Notes under the pieces: model-generated | Database searches by the model: none | What the model saw: only the letters and a program-made list of their open reading frames with translations | Told to the model about the DNA's origin: nothing | In this document: positions 49,897 to 59,735 of the stretch, one piece after another | How the letters are laid out: the number at the start of each line of letters is the position of its first letter | Position numbering within the stretch: the stretch's first letter is position 1 | NCBI GenBank assembly: GCA_964573665.1 | Contig: CAZNKI010000002.1 | Coordinates: forward strand, 70,526-134,525 | Reading direction: 5' to 3' | Source: an uncultured Candidatus Cloacimonadota bacterium | GTDB taxonomy: Bacteria > Cloacimonadota > Cloacimonadia > Cloacimonadales > WRIO01 | Length of the DNA stretch: 64,000 nt | Program-made: the position numbers and the translations under genes

Positions 49897-50914
49897 AATC
49901 AAAGATCGTACTTTGAATTTGGTTGTATTTTATTCCTAAATGTTTATAGGCTTTCATTGTCACTTTTCTGCCTTGAGTGGTACGCTCAATAAAACCTTGT
50001 TGGATCAAATAGGGCTCATAGATCTCTTCAACTGTACCTGGGTCTTCTCCAATAGCTACAGCTATTGTTTTTAATCCGACTGGCCCGCCTTTGTAGTTTT
50101 CTATGATTGTAGTCAGCATCTTCTTGTCCATTTCATCCAGACCTTCATGATCGACATTGAGCATTTCTAATGCTTTTTGGGCTATTTCAAGACTGATATC
50201 CCCATTTCCTCTGATCTGAGCATAGTCTCTGACTCTGCGTAATAATCGATTTGCCACACGTGGAGTTCCACGACTTCTTCTTGCAATCTCGCTTGCTCCT
50301 TCAGGATCTATCTGTACATTGAGCAATGCAGATGAGCGCTTGATGATGTATTCCAGATCATGCTGATTGTAATAATTAAGTCTTAATACAAGCCCAAATC
50401 TGGCTCTGAGCGGTTCTGTAAGCAACCCAGCACGAGTGGTTGCGCCAATCATCGTAAATGGATCAAGATCAATTTTTACTGATCGGGCACTTGCACCGCT
50501 GTCAATGATGATCTCCATTTGAAAATCTTCTAAAGCTGAATACATATATTCTTCGACCACATGATTGAGACGGTGGATTTCATCGATAAAGAGCACTTCA
50601 TTGGTTTGCATATTGGTTAATATACCTGCTAAGTCGGAAGGCTTTTCCAAAACAGGACCTGAACTGAGCTTTAAAGGGATTTCCAGCTCATTGGCGATGA
50701 TATTGGCAAGTGTTGTTTTTCCTAATCCAGGAGGTCCGTACAATAAAACATGATCAAGTGGCTCACCCCTTTGTTTGGTTGCTTGAATGGCAATATCTAA
50801 AATCTCTTTGATATTATCTTGTCCAACAAAATCATTAAGCTTCTTTGGGCGCAATGCGCGGTCAAATTCTTTTTCATCTGTTAAAACAGATGCATCTCCA
50901 ATTCTTTCTAACAT
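49874..50914 (-). CDS. ruvB: Holliday junction branch-migration helicase RuvB
   Basis: 'LRPK.L.DFVGQ', '[14 protein letters not shown]', 'FIDEIHRL', 'GATTRAG', '[15 protein letters not shown]', 'EPYLIQ.G'. Confidence 0.97.
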   Translation of the reverse strand: MLERIGDASVLTDEKEFDRALRPKKLNDFVGQDNIKEILDIAIQATKQRGEPLDHVLLYGPPGLGKTTLANIIANELEIPLKLSSGPVLEKPSDLAGILTNMQTNEVLFIDEIHRLNHVVEEYMYSALEDFQMEIIIDSGASARSVKIDLDPFTMIGATTRAGLLTEPLRARFGLVLRLNYYNQHDLEYIIKRSSALLNVQIDPEGASEIARRSRGTPRVANRLLRRVRDYAQIRGNGDISLEIAQKALEMLNVDHEGLDEMDKKMLTTIIENYKGGPVGLKTIAVAIGEDPGTVEEIYEPYLIQQGFIERTTQGRKVTMKAYKHLGIKYNQIQSTIFDYAESIDE

Positions 50915-51057
50915 AGACTCACCTTGTTCAATTTACTCAATTTTTTATTAATCAATTAATTAGTCAATAAATAATCTCAATTTTTAAAACAGAAATCTGA
51001 GAAATTGATTGACTAATTTTTATAACCAAGTAATGTATTATTAAAATAGGAGAAAAC

Positions 51058-51813
51058 ATGAATATAATATTTGTTTGTATGATAAGTATTGTTATGATTT
51101 CCTTAATTAGTGCCGATGTAATTCGTTTTGAATGTGATTATTGGGCACCATATAATGGTGATCCAAAGAGTTTATATCCTGGATTTCAATATGAGATTGC
51201 AAAAATAATCTTTGAAAAGGCTGGTCACAAAGTAGTATATAATGTTATGCCTTTTAGTCGAGCACTTCAGCGTTTAGAAAGCGGTGATGCTGATGCAACA
51301 TTTGGTTTGTTAAAAGAAGAAGCACAAAAGAATAAGCTTTTGATTCCTTCACAAAATATTGGATTTTCTTCTTATAGCTTTTTTGTTCTTCATGATAACA
51401 AATGGCGCTATAATGGGATTAAATCACTTGAAAGTCAAATGTTGGGTGTGATACAAGATTATGATTATAACGAATTGAATCATTATATAAATACAAATAA
51501 AAATAGCATAAAAGTTCAGGTAATGGCAGGAGATTCTTCACTTGAAAAAAATATCAATAAATTGATCAATAATCGAATTACAGTAATTGTAGATGATGAA
51601 TATGTCGTTGCTTGGACACTGAAATCGATGAAACATTCTGGCAAATTGATAAAAGCTGGTTCTCTTACGCAGTTAAAGCCAGTTTATATTGCATTTTCGA
51701 GTAAAAATCCAAAATCTCAAGAATATATTCAAATTCTTAACAAAGGTGTCTTAGAGTTAAAAAGAACAGGTGAATATCAAAAGATTTTATCAAAGTATGG
51801 GATTAATGAATAA
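51058..51813 (+). CDS. Stand-alone family-3 extracellular solute-binding protein
   Basis: Signal peptide; 'WAPY', 'MPFSRA', 'LGVIQDYDY', 'YIAFS', 'LNKG..ELKRTG.YQKIL.KY'. Confidence 0.8.
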   Translation: MNIIFVCMISIVMISLISADVIRFECDYWAPYNGDPKSLYPGFQYEIAKIIFEKAGHKVVYNVMPFSRALQRLESGDADATFGLLKEEAQKNKLLIPSQNIGFSSYSFFVLHDNKWRYNGIKSLESQMLGVIQDYDYNELNHYINTNKNSIKVQVMAGDSSLEKNINKLINNRITVIVDDEYVVAWTLKSMKHSGKLIKAGSLTQLKPVYIAFSSKNPKSQEYIQILNKGVLELKRTGEYQKILSKYGINE

Positions 51814-51847
51814 ATGATACGAATCTTATAAGTGATCAATTAAAAAA

Positions 51848-51871
51848 AAGGGTACAATTAGTTGTACCCTT
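51848..51871. terminator. Terminator between convergent genes
   Basis: AAGGGTACAA-TTAG-TTGTACCCTT with a left A run. Confidence 0.7.
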
Positions 51872-51892
51872 AATAAAATTATAGTTTAATGA

Positions 51893-53746
51893 TTAAATGA
51901 TTTGAATTAGATCTTCGCCTTCACTGACATTATCTCCAGCTTTGACAAAAATCTGACTTACTTGACCAGAATGATGCGCATAAATTTCGTTTTCCATTTT
52001 CATCGCCTCGATAGTCATGACTAAATCACCTTCTTTAACAGTTTGTCCTTCTTGTACGATGATTTTAATCACTACACCATGTATTGGTGCTTCAAGGATT
52101 TTTCCATGATGTGAATGACTTGCCTGTGGTGTTATGATTGCTTTTGGTGCTTCTGGGATGGCTGGCTTTACTGGAATTTCTGGTTTTTGAACTGGAGCAG
52201 GTGCGGATATATTTGGCTGAATTTGCCCATCAGGACTAACTCTGACATGATAATCCTTGCCATTGATCTGTACCAGTAAATTCTGAATTTCTGGTTTTGT
52301 TGCTTGTACGGGAGATGCTTTGGGCTCTTCCACTTTTTTCTCTTCTTCTGTTTTATAATAAACAGATACTTGAGCATTACCCTTTAGAAACTCAAGTCCC
52401 TTATCTTTACACGTTGCATAAATGAAGATATTTTCATCGGTAGGCGCTAAACCATTTTCAATCACAATTTTCTTTGAACTTTCATAAGCGGGAGCTAATA
52501 TGTCAATAGGGTCTCCAACAAAAGGTTCTTTTTTTAATTGTTCTGAAGCAATTTTTATGATTTCAGGATCAGCAGGTCTTGGTGTTTTTCCAAAATAACC
52601 TAAAACCATATTGCCATATCCGTCTGTTATCTTTTTCCATTTACCCAACACAACATTCATATAGGCTTGTTGAAAATAAAACTGAGATACAGGTGTGACA
52701 CTCGTTCCAAATCCGCCTTTTGCAACGACTTCTGCCATTTCCTCAATAACTTTTGGATATAAATGTAGCGTTTTATTATCACGCATCATCATTGTATTAG
52801 CAGTTAACGCTCCGCCTGGCATAGGGGAGAGGACGATCAATGGCGATGTTTCTCTGGATTCTGGTGGGAGCATGTATTTATCCATACATTCTTCAAAGAC
52901 ACGTTCTGCTTTTAATATTTTTTGGTAATCAAGATCAAGGGTATAGTCCGTTCCACTGAATGCTGCCATGACAGTTAAAATATCAGGTTGACATGTGCCA
53001 CCGCTGACAGGAGATTTAGACAAATCAATACCATCAGCACCTGCTTCAACTGCTGCCATAATACAACTGGTGCCTAATCCAGCGGTGTCATGAGTATGAA
53101 ACCATATAATTCTGTCTTTACCTAATATTTCTCTTGTTTTTTTTATCGTATTTCTCACAATTTGAGGTGGAGTGGTTCCGCTTGCATCTTTAAATACAAT
53201 TGAATCGAAGGGGATATCTCTTTTGAGAATGTCTTCAAGCTTTTCGATGTAAAATTCTGCACTGTGAACACTTCTGTCCTTAATTCCAGGAGGTAATCCC
53301 ATAAGAGAAATTGATATCTGATGATGAAGCCCTGCTTCATGGATACAACGCCCAGAATAATCAAGATTTTGCATATCATTCAAAGCATCAAAGTTTCTGA
53401 TCGTACTTGTCCCGTGTTTTCTAAATAATTCAGCATGAAGCTTGATAATATCACGAGGCTGTTGTGAAAGCCCTACTACATTGATGCCTCGGGCAAGAGT
53501 CTGTAAATTTGCTTCCTGCCCTGCTACTCGTCGGAATTCATCCATAGAATCAAAGGCATCTTCATTGCAGTAGAAATACAAACTTTGAAATCTCGCCCCG
53601 CCACCAAACTCGTAATGCATGATTCCTGCTTCAAGAGAAGCTTCTAAAGCTGGTAAAAAGTCTTTTGTAATGACTCTGGCTCCATAAACAGATTGAAATC
53701 CATCGCGAAATGAAGTATCCATGAACCTTATTTTCTTTAAAGCCAT
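51893..53746 (-). CDS. Biotin-dependent carboxyltransferase (oxaloacetate decarboxylase alpha / pyruvate carboxylase B subunit)
   Basis: 'DTSFRDGFQS', 'RNFDALND', 'FHTHDTAG', 'PGGALT', 'VTPVSQ', Pro/Ala-rich linker and biotinyl 'EAMKMENEI'. Confidence 0.9.
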   Translation of the reverse strand: MALKKIRFMDTSFRDGFQSVYGARVITKDFLPALEASLEAGIMHYEFGGGARFQSLYFYCNEDAFDSMDEFRRVAGQEANLQTLARGINVVGLSQQPRDIIKLHAELFRKHGTSTIRNFDALNDMQNLDYSGRCIHEAGLHHQISISLMGLPPGIKDRSVHSAEFYIEKLEDILKRDIPFDSIVFKDASGTTPPQIVRNTIKKTREILGKDRIIWFHTHDTAGLGTSCIMAAVEAGADGIDLSKSPVSGGTCQPDILTVMAAFSGTDYTLDLDYQKILKAERVFEECMDKYMLPPESRETSPLIVLSPMPGGALTANTMMMRDNKTLHLYPKVIEEMAEVVAKGGFGTSVTPVSQFYFQQAYMNVVLGKWKKITDGYGNMVLGYFGKTPRPADPEIIKIASEQLKKEPFVGDPIDILAPAYESSKKIVIENGLAPTDENIFIYATCKDKGLEFLKGNAQVSVYYKTEEEKKVEEPKASPVQATKPEIQNLLVQINGKDYHVRVSPDGQIQPNISAPAPVQKPEIPVKPAIPEAPKAIITPQASHSHHGKILEAPIHGVVIKIIVQEGQTVKEGDLVMTIEAMKMENEIYAHHSGQVSQIFVKAGDNVSEGEDLIQII

Positions 53747-53775
53747 TTTTGCTCCTTCTGACTCTATGTCATATT

Positions 53776-54036
53776 TTAATTATATTTTAAATAGTAAGAT
53801 ACTGCTGCACAAATCACAGCATTGATTTCCTTATCATCATTTTCGATTTGGATTTGAGGTTCTTCAGTTTTTGTACTTTGTACCGTATCCATCTTTACTT
53901 GATTGGAATGATATGAATGATGTATTTCTTTACGATAATTTGATTTTTCCTTAAACAATAATATAGTTTTGTAGAAAATGAAGAATATTATTGCCACAAT
54001 GGGTGATGCAATGATGATATATGCAAGAGTAACCAT
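53776..54036 (-). CDS. OadG-like (gamma subunit) small membrane protein
   Basis: One N-terminal TM helix and C-terminal 'EINAVICAAVSYY'; directly upstream of the alpha subunit. Confidence 0.6.
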   Translation of the reverse strand: MVTLAYIIIASPIVAIIFFIFYKTILLFKEKSNYRKEIHHSYHSNQVKMDTVQSTKTEEPQIQIENDDKEINAVICAAVSYYLKYN

Positions 54037-54057
54037 ACTTATACCTCAACTTTTAAA

Positions 54058-55299
54058 TTAATCATTGAGTGAAATTTTCAGTTTTGAAATAATCACTGGT
54101 TGATGCATGATCTCTGGAAATAAATCATTTGGGGCAATACCTGTTAACTGCTCATTAAGACAGCTTAAATAATTGCCTGTAATAGTGATTTGTGGTGCTC
54201 GACCAATGATCTGACCGTTTTTGAGTATAAATGCCAACTGTACTGGGAATGAAAAGTCACCATTTGGTAAAAAATCACCACCAGAACTCATATAAGGTAC
54301 TAATAGTGGTTTCTGATATGAATATTGTATTAAGGAATCCATTGTTGTCTCAGGGATTAAGGGAACTGAAGATGTCCAGGGATGACTATCAAAGGAACGG
54401 AATCCATTGCCAGTCTCTTTGTGATCATATTTCTTCGCTCGTTTTTTATCAAAAATAATGTGACTGAATATCCCATTCTTAACAATTGAACTATCTATAT
54501 TTCTTATGATTCCTTCGTGATCAAAGGGTACAAATATGCAAGCATCACTATCATCAGAAACTTCATTGATACATACATCTTCTCGCATGATCTGTTGATC
54601 AAGTTTCCCTGCGAGTAATGAACTGCCAAGTATATATCTTTCTCCATCGATATCACTGTATAACTTGCTTAATGGCTCAAGTTCAATAAATGCAACTTCG
54701 CATTCATCAAAATTGATATCACTCTCTTCCATCAGAATGGCATTCATGATTCGTTCAGCACAACTCATAAATCCGTCTTTATCAATAGAAAAGAAAGAAT
54801 CAAAACTTAAAAATCCATCTATAATATTCGGACTGCCAATAATCTTTAAAGAAAAACCTCCAGAATAATCTGATCGGTCTGAATGTAATAATAAATTTTC
54901 TGAGTTCTGGATACTTCTTTTAATTCGATGAGATTCAAAACTACCATTGATCACGAATTTCTTGTTAAATGGTTCAAACATCTTGAGGTATTCTTCGGTG
55001 ATTTGATTGAGATGCTCTAAATTATTTAGCTCGTGATCTCCTCGATTAAACTCATAATGCACATTGGTTTCTAAATCATAATTGTATGTAAATCCAATAT
55101 TTGCATTCTCGATGGCTTTTTGTTTTAAATCTTTTTCATCGATATTACCTATCGTAGATGCGATACCCACACGATTGTCGTCCAAAAACACACGAATACT
55201 TCGCTTAAGAAATTCCTGAATTCTCTTAGATTCAATTTTTCCAACTTTGAATTGGATATTGTATTTAATATGTTTTTCTGTATATTTTTCTGTTATCAT
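54058..55299 (-). CDS. PmbA/TldE-like protein
   Basis: ATG 55299 after GGAGG; 'PFDHEG', 'TGNG', 'GGDFLPNGDFSFPV..AF'; no HExxGH motif; follows TldD. Confidence 0.7.
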   Translation of the reverse strand: MITEKYTEKHIKYNIQFKVGKIESKRIQEFLKRSIRVFLDDNRVGIASTIGNIDEKDLKQKAIENANIGFTYNYDLETNVHYEFNRGDHELNNLEHLNQITEEYLKMFEPFNKKFVINGSFESHRIKRSIQNSENLLLHSDRSDYSGGFSLKIIGSPNIIDGFLSFDSFFSIDKDGFMSCAERIMNAILMEESDINFDECEVAFIELEPLSKLYSDIDGERYILGSSLLAGKLDQQIMREDVCINEVSDDSDACIFVPFDHEGIIRNIDSSIVKNGIFSHIIFDKKRAKKYDHKETGNGFRSFDSHPWTSSVPLIPETTMDSLIQYSYQKPLLVPYMSSGGDFLPNGDFSFPVQLAFILKNGQIIGRAPQITITGNYLSCLNEQLTGIAPNDLFPEIMHQPVIISKLKISLND

Positions 55300-55332
55300 T
55301 TTTTCCTCCGGGTTACTCAATGCTTGACATTA

Positions 55333-56685
55333 TTATGAACACATCATTTCTTTAATTCGGATTTTTGGACCACCGAAAGACACAGGTAAAGGACTTTGTT
55401 CATTCTTCCCGCATCCGCCAAATGCAGAAGATATGATCTTCACCTGGTCTGACAACCCATCAATATCATTTAAAGTCTGGAATACTGTGCCTGTAATGAT
55501 ATTGACCTTGACAGGAGTGCTGATGACACCGTTCTCTATTTTCCAGGCACGGTTGATCGCAAGTGTAAATGTTGATAACCCGCTTCCATGATTCACCTTC
55601 TCGATGTAAAAACCGTTCTGGATGCCTTTACATAAGCTTTCAAAGCTTTCTTTTCCCGCATCAAAATAAGTGCTGGTCATACGTACAATCGGCTCGTAAA
55701 AAAAGTTGATAGAACGTGCATTGCCAGTAATTTCTTCATTGAGTTCTTCAGCAGTTTGAACTGAGTGTAAGCGACCACTTAATATGCCATTTTTAATCAG
55801 ATAGGTTTTTTGTTTTTTATTACCTTCATCATCATAAGGACAATAGCCTGAAGTAAAGGCTTGATCTCCTTCATCTATAATACTGACCATCTCATTGGCT
55901 ACTTTTTTACCAATTTCCCACTCAGCTTGCATACTTTCATCTCCAAGCATAAAATCTGCTTCACTTTTATGACCAAAGCTTTCGTGAGCAAAAATTCCTG
56001 CTGCTTGTTCGCTAAGAATAACAGAGTACTTGCCTGGTTCTATGCAAGGGGCGTGAATGAATCTTTTTGCTGTTTCGATATCCTCTGTTAACTCTTGAGC
56101 AATATTTGCATAATCACTTATATAATGTCCTGTTTTTGTATAACTCGTTGAATACTGATCTTCATTTTCTTTTAATGAATAATATACCATTATTCCTGAT
56201 AATGATTTGTCATAAGAAAACATCTTGCCTTTGCTGTTGATATAATACTTTTTTAATAAATAATCGGTATAGGCAACATAAGATGTTTTGATTAAAGAAT
56301 CTCCTTTTAAAATAGGTATAATTGGCTCAACAATTGATTTCTTATCTTCGAGTTTCTGAAAAACAAGCATACTCTTATCACTGCTCATGAATGATTCACC
56401 TTGATAAATCACACTCTGATAATGATCTTTGATCGCTTCTACTCCTTCGCTTTTTAACAAATGAAGGATCGTTTCTTCGATCTTATCCAAATTGGTTATT
56501 GAAGAATATATCCATTTCTCACCATGCTTAATTCGGATAAATGCGCCTGTGGATAATATTTCTATAGCATTTTCTAACTCACAGTTTGCAAAAACTACTT
56601 CACTTTTTAAGCTTTCTTCAATACGGATATCAATGAAATCACAATTGTATTGATTGAGATTGATTGATTCAAAAATCTTATGCAT
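55333..56685 (-). CDS. tldD: TldD-family metallopeptidase
   Basis: 'GIFAHESFGHKSEAD', 'YDDEG', 'TGNAR', 'PIVRMTSTY', 'GGCGK..Q.PLPVS.GGP'. Confidence 0.88.
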   Translation of the reverse strand: MHKIFESINLNQYNCDFIDIRIEESLKSEVVFANCELENAIEILSTGAFIRIKHGEKWIYSSITNLDKIEETILHLLKSEGVEAIKDHYQSVIYQGESFMSSDKSMLVFQKLEDKKSIVEPIIPILKGDSLIKTSYVAYTDYLLKKYYINSKGKMFSYDKSLSGIMVYYSLKENEDQYSTSYTKTGHYISDYANIAQELTEDIETAKRFIHAPCIEPGKYSVILSEQAAGIFAHESFGHKSEADFMLGDESMQAEWEIGKKVANEMVSIIDEGDQAFTSGYCPYDDEGNKKQKTYLIKNGILSGRLHSVQTAEELNEEITGNARSINFFYEPIVRMTSTYFDAGKESFESLCKGIQNGFYIEKVNHGSGLSTFTLAINRAWKIENGVISTPVKVNIITGTVFQTLNDIDGLSDQVKIISSAFGGCGKNEQSPLPVSFGGPKIRIKEMMCS

Positions 56686-57123
56686 TTTTTTCTCCCTTTT
56701 ACTCCCTTTTTAGAGTTAATACAAAAATATAAATGGATGAAAAATCTTGTCAACAAAAATAATAGTGAATTTCGTTTAATGAAAAAATTGTTCTTAATCT
56801 TTGCTGAACTTATGAATTGCTTTGATAAGATTAAACACAAAACACTTGATTTCAGTTTCATTAAACAATGATTAAAATTGACTCGAAATAGTCTCAAACA
56901 TTCATCCTTGTAAATGAGTTTTCTACAGGATAGGAATAATCGCTTAGTAGGTGGTAGGACAGAAACATCCCGATGAATAGGCACTTCTGATATAAATAAT
57001 CAAAAACCAGATTTTATGAGAATGATTATTATGATAATTACTCTTTTTAACGATTATCAGTTATCTGGATTTGGCTTCTCAAATGATATTTCTCACATAA
57101 CAATAAATTGTAGCGGATTTTGA

Positions 57124-57151
57124 TTGACAATAAATGACTTAAAAATATTCT
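57124..57151 (+). promoter_or_regulatory. Sigma70-like promoter for the prenyltransferase operon
   Basis: TTGACA-16 nt-TATTCT; RBS GAGGAG before ATG 57192. Confidence 0.55.
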
Positions 57152-57191
57152 ATATCAAGAGATAAATCTATATAAGATTAGAGGAGTCAAC

Positions 57192-58082
57192 ATGATCATC
57201 CAAAAATATTTTGAAGATAGAGTTGAACTTTTAAATAAAGTCATGGATCAGTATCTTGTTCCTGAAACAGAAGAACCTAAAGTTCTTTATTCTGCAATGA
57301 GATATTCCATTTTTAATGGTGGAAAGAGATTAAGACCGGTTCTTTTATATGCGACTTATGAAATGCTCAATAAAACAAACGATACTTCTCTTTTAGATCA
57401 GGTGTCTTTGGCTGCAGCTGCAATTGAAATGGTGCATACTGCCTCTTTAATTCACGATGATTTACCTTCTTTAGACAATTCTGATGAAAGACGCGGACAA
57501 CTCAGTTGTCACAAAAAGTTTGATCCTGCCACAGCTATTCTCGCAGGCGATGCGCTTTTAACTAAGTCCTTTGAAATGCTTGCAAAAATTGAAGATAAAC
57601 AAAAAGCCGTTAAATGTATTCAGATTTTGAGTAATGCAATTTCCACACGTGGAATGATTGGTGGTCAAACTGTTGATTTGATCTCTTCCTCAAAACAGAA
57701 TATCCAGATCAATGTACTAAAATATGTGCATTTGAAAAAGACAGGTGCTTTACTTGAAGCTTCAATTAAACTGGCTTGTGCAATGTATGGTGCAGATGAA
57801 AATGTAACGAATACCTTGTCAAATTATGCCCTCAATCTTGGTCTTGCTTACCAGATCATTGACGATATTCTTGATGATGTTGGTGATTTCGAAATGCTTG
57901 GAAAAGAGCCTTATGAAGATTCGAGAAACAATAAAACGACTTATCCATCGATTTTAGGGCTCGATAAAGCAAGAAGAACTGCTGAAAAATTACTTGAAGA
58001 TTCATATAAACTAGTAAAGAATATTCCACATAATCAGATTTTAATTGAATTTGTGCGAATGATAAAAGATCGTTTACCTTAA
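57192..58082 (+). CDS. Short-chain polyprenyl diphosphate synthase (FPP/GGPP synthase family)
   Basis: 'GGKRLRP', FARM 'HTASLIHDDLPSLD...RRG', 'GMIGGQ', 'KTGALL', SARM 'YQIIDDILD'. Confidence 0.92.
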   Translation: MIIQKYFEDRVELLNKVMDQYLVPETEEPKVLYSAMRYSIFNGGKRLRPVLLYATYEMLNKTNDTSLLDQVSLAAAAIEMVHTASLIHDDLPSLDNSDERRGQLSCHKKFDPATAILAGDALLTKSFEMLAKIEDKQKAVKCIQILSNAISTRGMIGGQTVDLISSSKQNIQINVLKYVHLKKTGALLEASIKLACAMYGADENVTNTLSNYALNLGLAYQIIDDILDDVGDFEMLGKEPYEDSRNNKTTYPSILGLDKARRTAEKLLEDSYKLVKNIPHNQILIEFVRMIKDRLP

Positions 58083-58099
58083 GAAATGAGTTTTATCCA

Positions 58100-58954
58100 T
58101 TGATGCTATTTCTGAAAAAATTAAAGATTTTTCGACCAGTTAATTGCCTGTTTTCTTTCTTTTGTACTTATTTTGCTGGCGTTTTGACAGAAGTTGCCTT
58201 AAATCCGCTTGATCATTTTCTCTTAGCATTTTCTGCTGCTATGATCGCCGCTGCAGGATATATTATAAATGATGTGTTTGATTTGGAAATTGATAAAGTT
58301 AATCGTCCAGATCGAGTTTTACCTTTGGGCATTATGTCTGTAAATCAGGCAAAATGGCTCTCTCTTGCATTTGCATTTTGGGGGATCTTGATTAGTTATT
58401 CTTTGCCTGGATTTACTTATTTTATCTTTGCAACCTTCAATACTATTCTTTTATATCTCTACGCTTCGTGCTATAAAAAGAAATTGCTTATTGGAAATCT
58501 GATTGTCGCTTGGTCAACCTCATCTGTCTTTTTGTATGGGGCAATAAATAGTACCGATATTTCATTGATTTATCCAATTACTTTGATTGCCTTTCTTTAC
58601 ACTCTGATTAGAGAGTGGACTAAAACGATTGAAGATATGGAAGGCGATAAAAAAGAAAATGCACATACAATTGCTCTTGTGTTAGGAAAGAAAAAAACAA
58701 TCCTAATCTCTTTTATCCCCTTTATTCTTTGCTTTTTTACCTTATTCTTTTTCTACTTTTATGAGAATATTCTGACATTAACAGAATATTATCTTCTAAA
58801 TATATTGATGATATTCCCACTTTTCTTCTTCTTAATCAATTTAATGAAAAGAAGAGAAGAACAAAAAACGGTCCTGTGGACACAAAAAATGATGAAGTTT
58901 GACCAACTATTGGTTATTCTAATCTTCATATTTAGCCATTTCTTTATTAAGTGA
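58100..58954 (+). CDS. UbiA-family digeranylgeranylglyceryl-phosphate (DGGGP) synthase-like prenyltransferase
   Basis: 'RPVN', 'GYIINDVFDLEIDKVNRPDRVLPLG', 'YA...KK..L.GNL.VA', 'REWTKTIEDMEGD'; multi-pass membrane protein adjacent to GGGP synthase. Confidence 0.82.
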   Translation: MMLFLKKLKIFRPVNCLFSFFCTYFAGVLTEVALNPLDHFLLAFSAAMIAAAGYIINDVFDLEIDKVNRPDRVLPLGIMSVNQAKWLSLAFAFWGILISYSLPGFTYFIFATFNTILLYLYASCYKKKLLIGNLIVAWSTSSVFLYGAINSTDISLIYPITLIAFLYTLIREWTKTIEDMEGDKKENAHTIALVLGKKKTILISFIPFILCFFTLFFFYFYENILTLTEYYLLNILMIFPLFFFLINLMKRREEQKTVLWTQKMMKFDQLLVILIFIFSHFFIK

Positions 58955-58961
58955 GGATTAA

Positions 58962-59711
58962 ATGAAAAATGATACCTATTTGAAACTTTTAAAAAAGCGA
59001 GAACAGCATCCTTGTTTGTTTTGTTTAATCGATCCAGATAAAAATGACATAAAGACCAGTGTAAAATACGCTGAAATCTATGAAAAAAGTGATGCTGATG
59101 CCATTTTAATAGGTGGCAGTATTATGATCAAAGATCAATTTGAGCAAACAATCAAAGAGATAAAGAAAGTTGTGAATATCCCTGTTATTATTTTTCCAGG
59201 CTTATTCAATTTTGTGAGTCAGTATGCTGATGCGATTCTTCTTTTAAGTATGCTGAGCAGTAGAAATCCTCAGGTTTTAATCGAAGAACAGGTGCGATGT
59301 GCGCCACAGATTTATCAGACAGGTTTGGAAAGTATTCCAACAGGATATCTTTTGATCGAATCAGGCAATCTTTCCTCAGTGCAATATATGAGTAATAGCC
59401 TTCCAATTCCAAGGAAAAAGAATGATATTGCAATCGTTCATGCCCTTGCTGGTCAATATTTAGGAATGAAAATGATCTATCTCGAAGCAGGTAGCGGAGC
59501 GCAACAGTCTGTCCCTGAAGAAATGATCAAAAGTGTCTCAGAAATTATTGATATTCCCCTAATCGTCGGCGGAGGAATAAGAACACCTCAGGATGCCCAT
59601 AGTAAAGCATTTGCTGGTGCTGATTTTGTAGTGATCGGTACAGTGCTTGAAGATCTGAATGATTTTTCAATAGTTAAAGAATTTAGTCAGGCTGTTCACT
59701 CTGCAAAATGA
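58962..59711 (+). CDS. Geranylgeranylglyceryl-phosphate (GGGP) synthase, group II
   Basis: 'LIDPDK', 'ILIGGS', 'IFPG', 'ADAIL', 'SRNP', 'TGYLLIESG', 'YLEAGSGA', 'VGGGIR', 'VVIGT'. Confidence 0.92.
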   Translation: MKNDTYLKLLKKREQHPCLFCLIDPDKNDIKTSVKYAEIYEKSDADAILIGGSIMIKDQFEQTIKEIKKVVNIPVIIFPGLFNFVSQYADAILLLSMLSSRNPQVLIEEQVRCAPQIYQTGLESIPTGYLLIESGNLSSVQYMSNSLPIPRKKNDIAIVHALAGQYLGMKMIYLEAGSGAQQSVPEEMIKSVSEIIDIPLIVGGGIRTPQDAHSKAFAGADFVVIGTVLEDLNDFSIVKEFSQAVHSAK

Positions 59712-59735
59712 GATGGATGAGATGATGGAGCATTT

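Noticed and set aside
56954-56989. GTAG-tagged degenerate palindrome upstream of the ether-lipid operon
   Set aside because: The stem is too decayed and no second copy was seen, so it cannot be assigned to a family.
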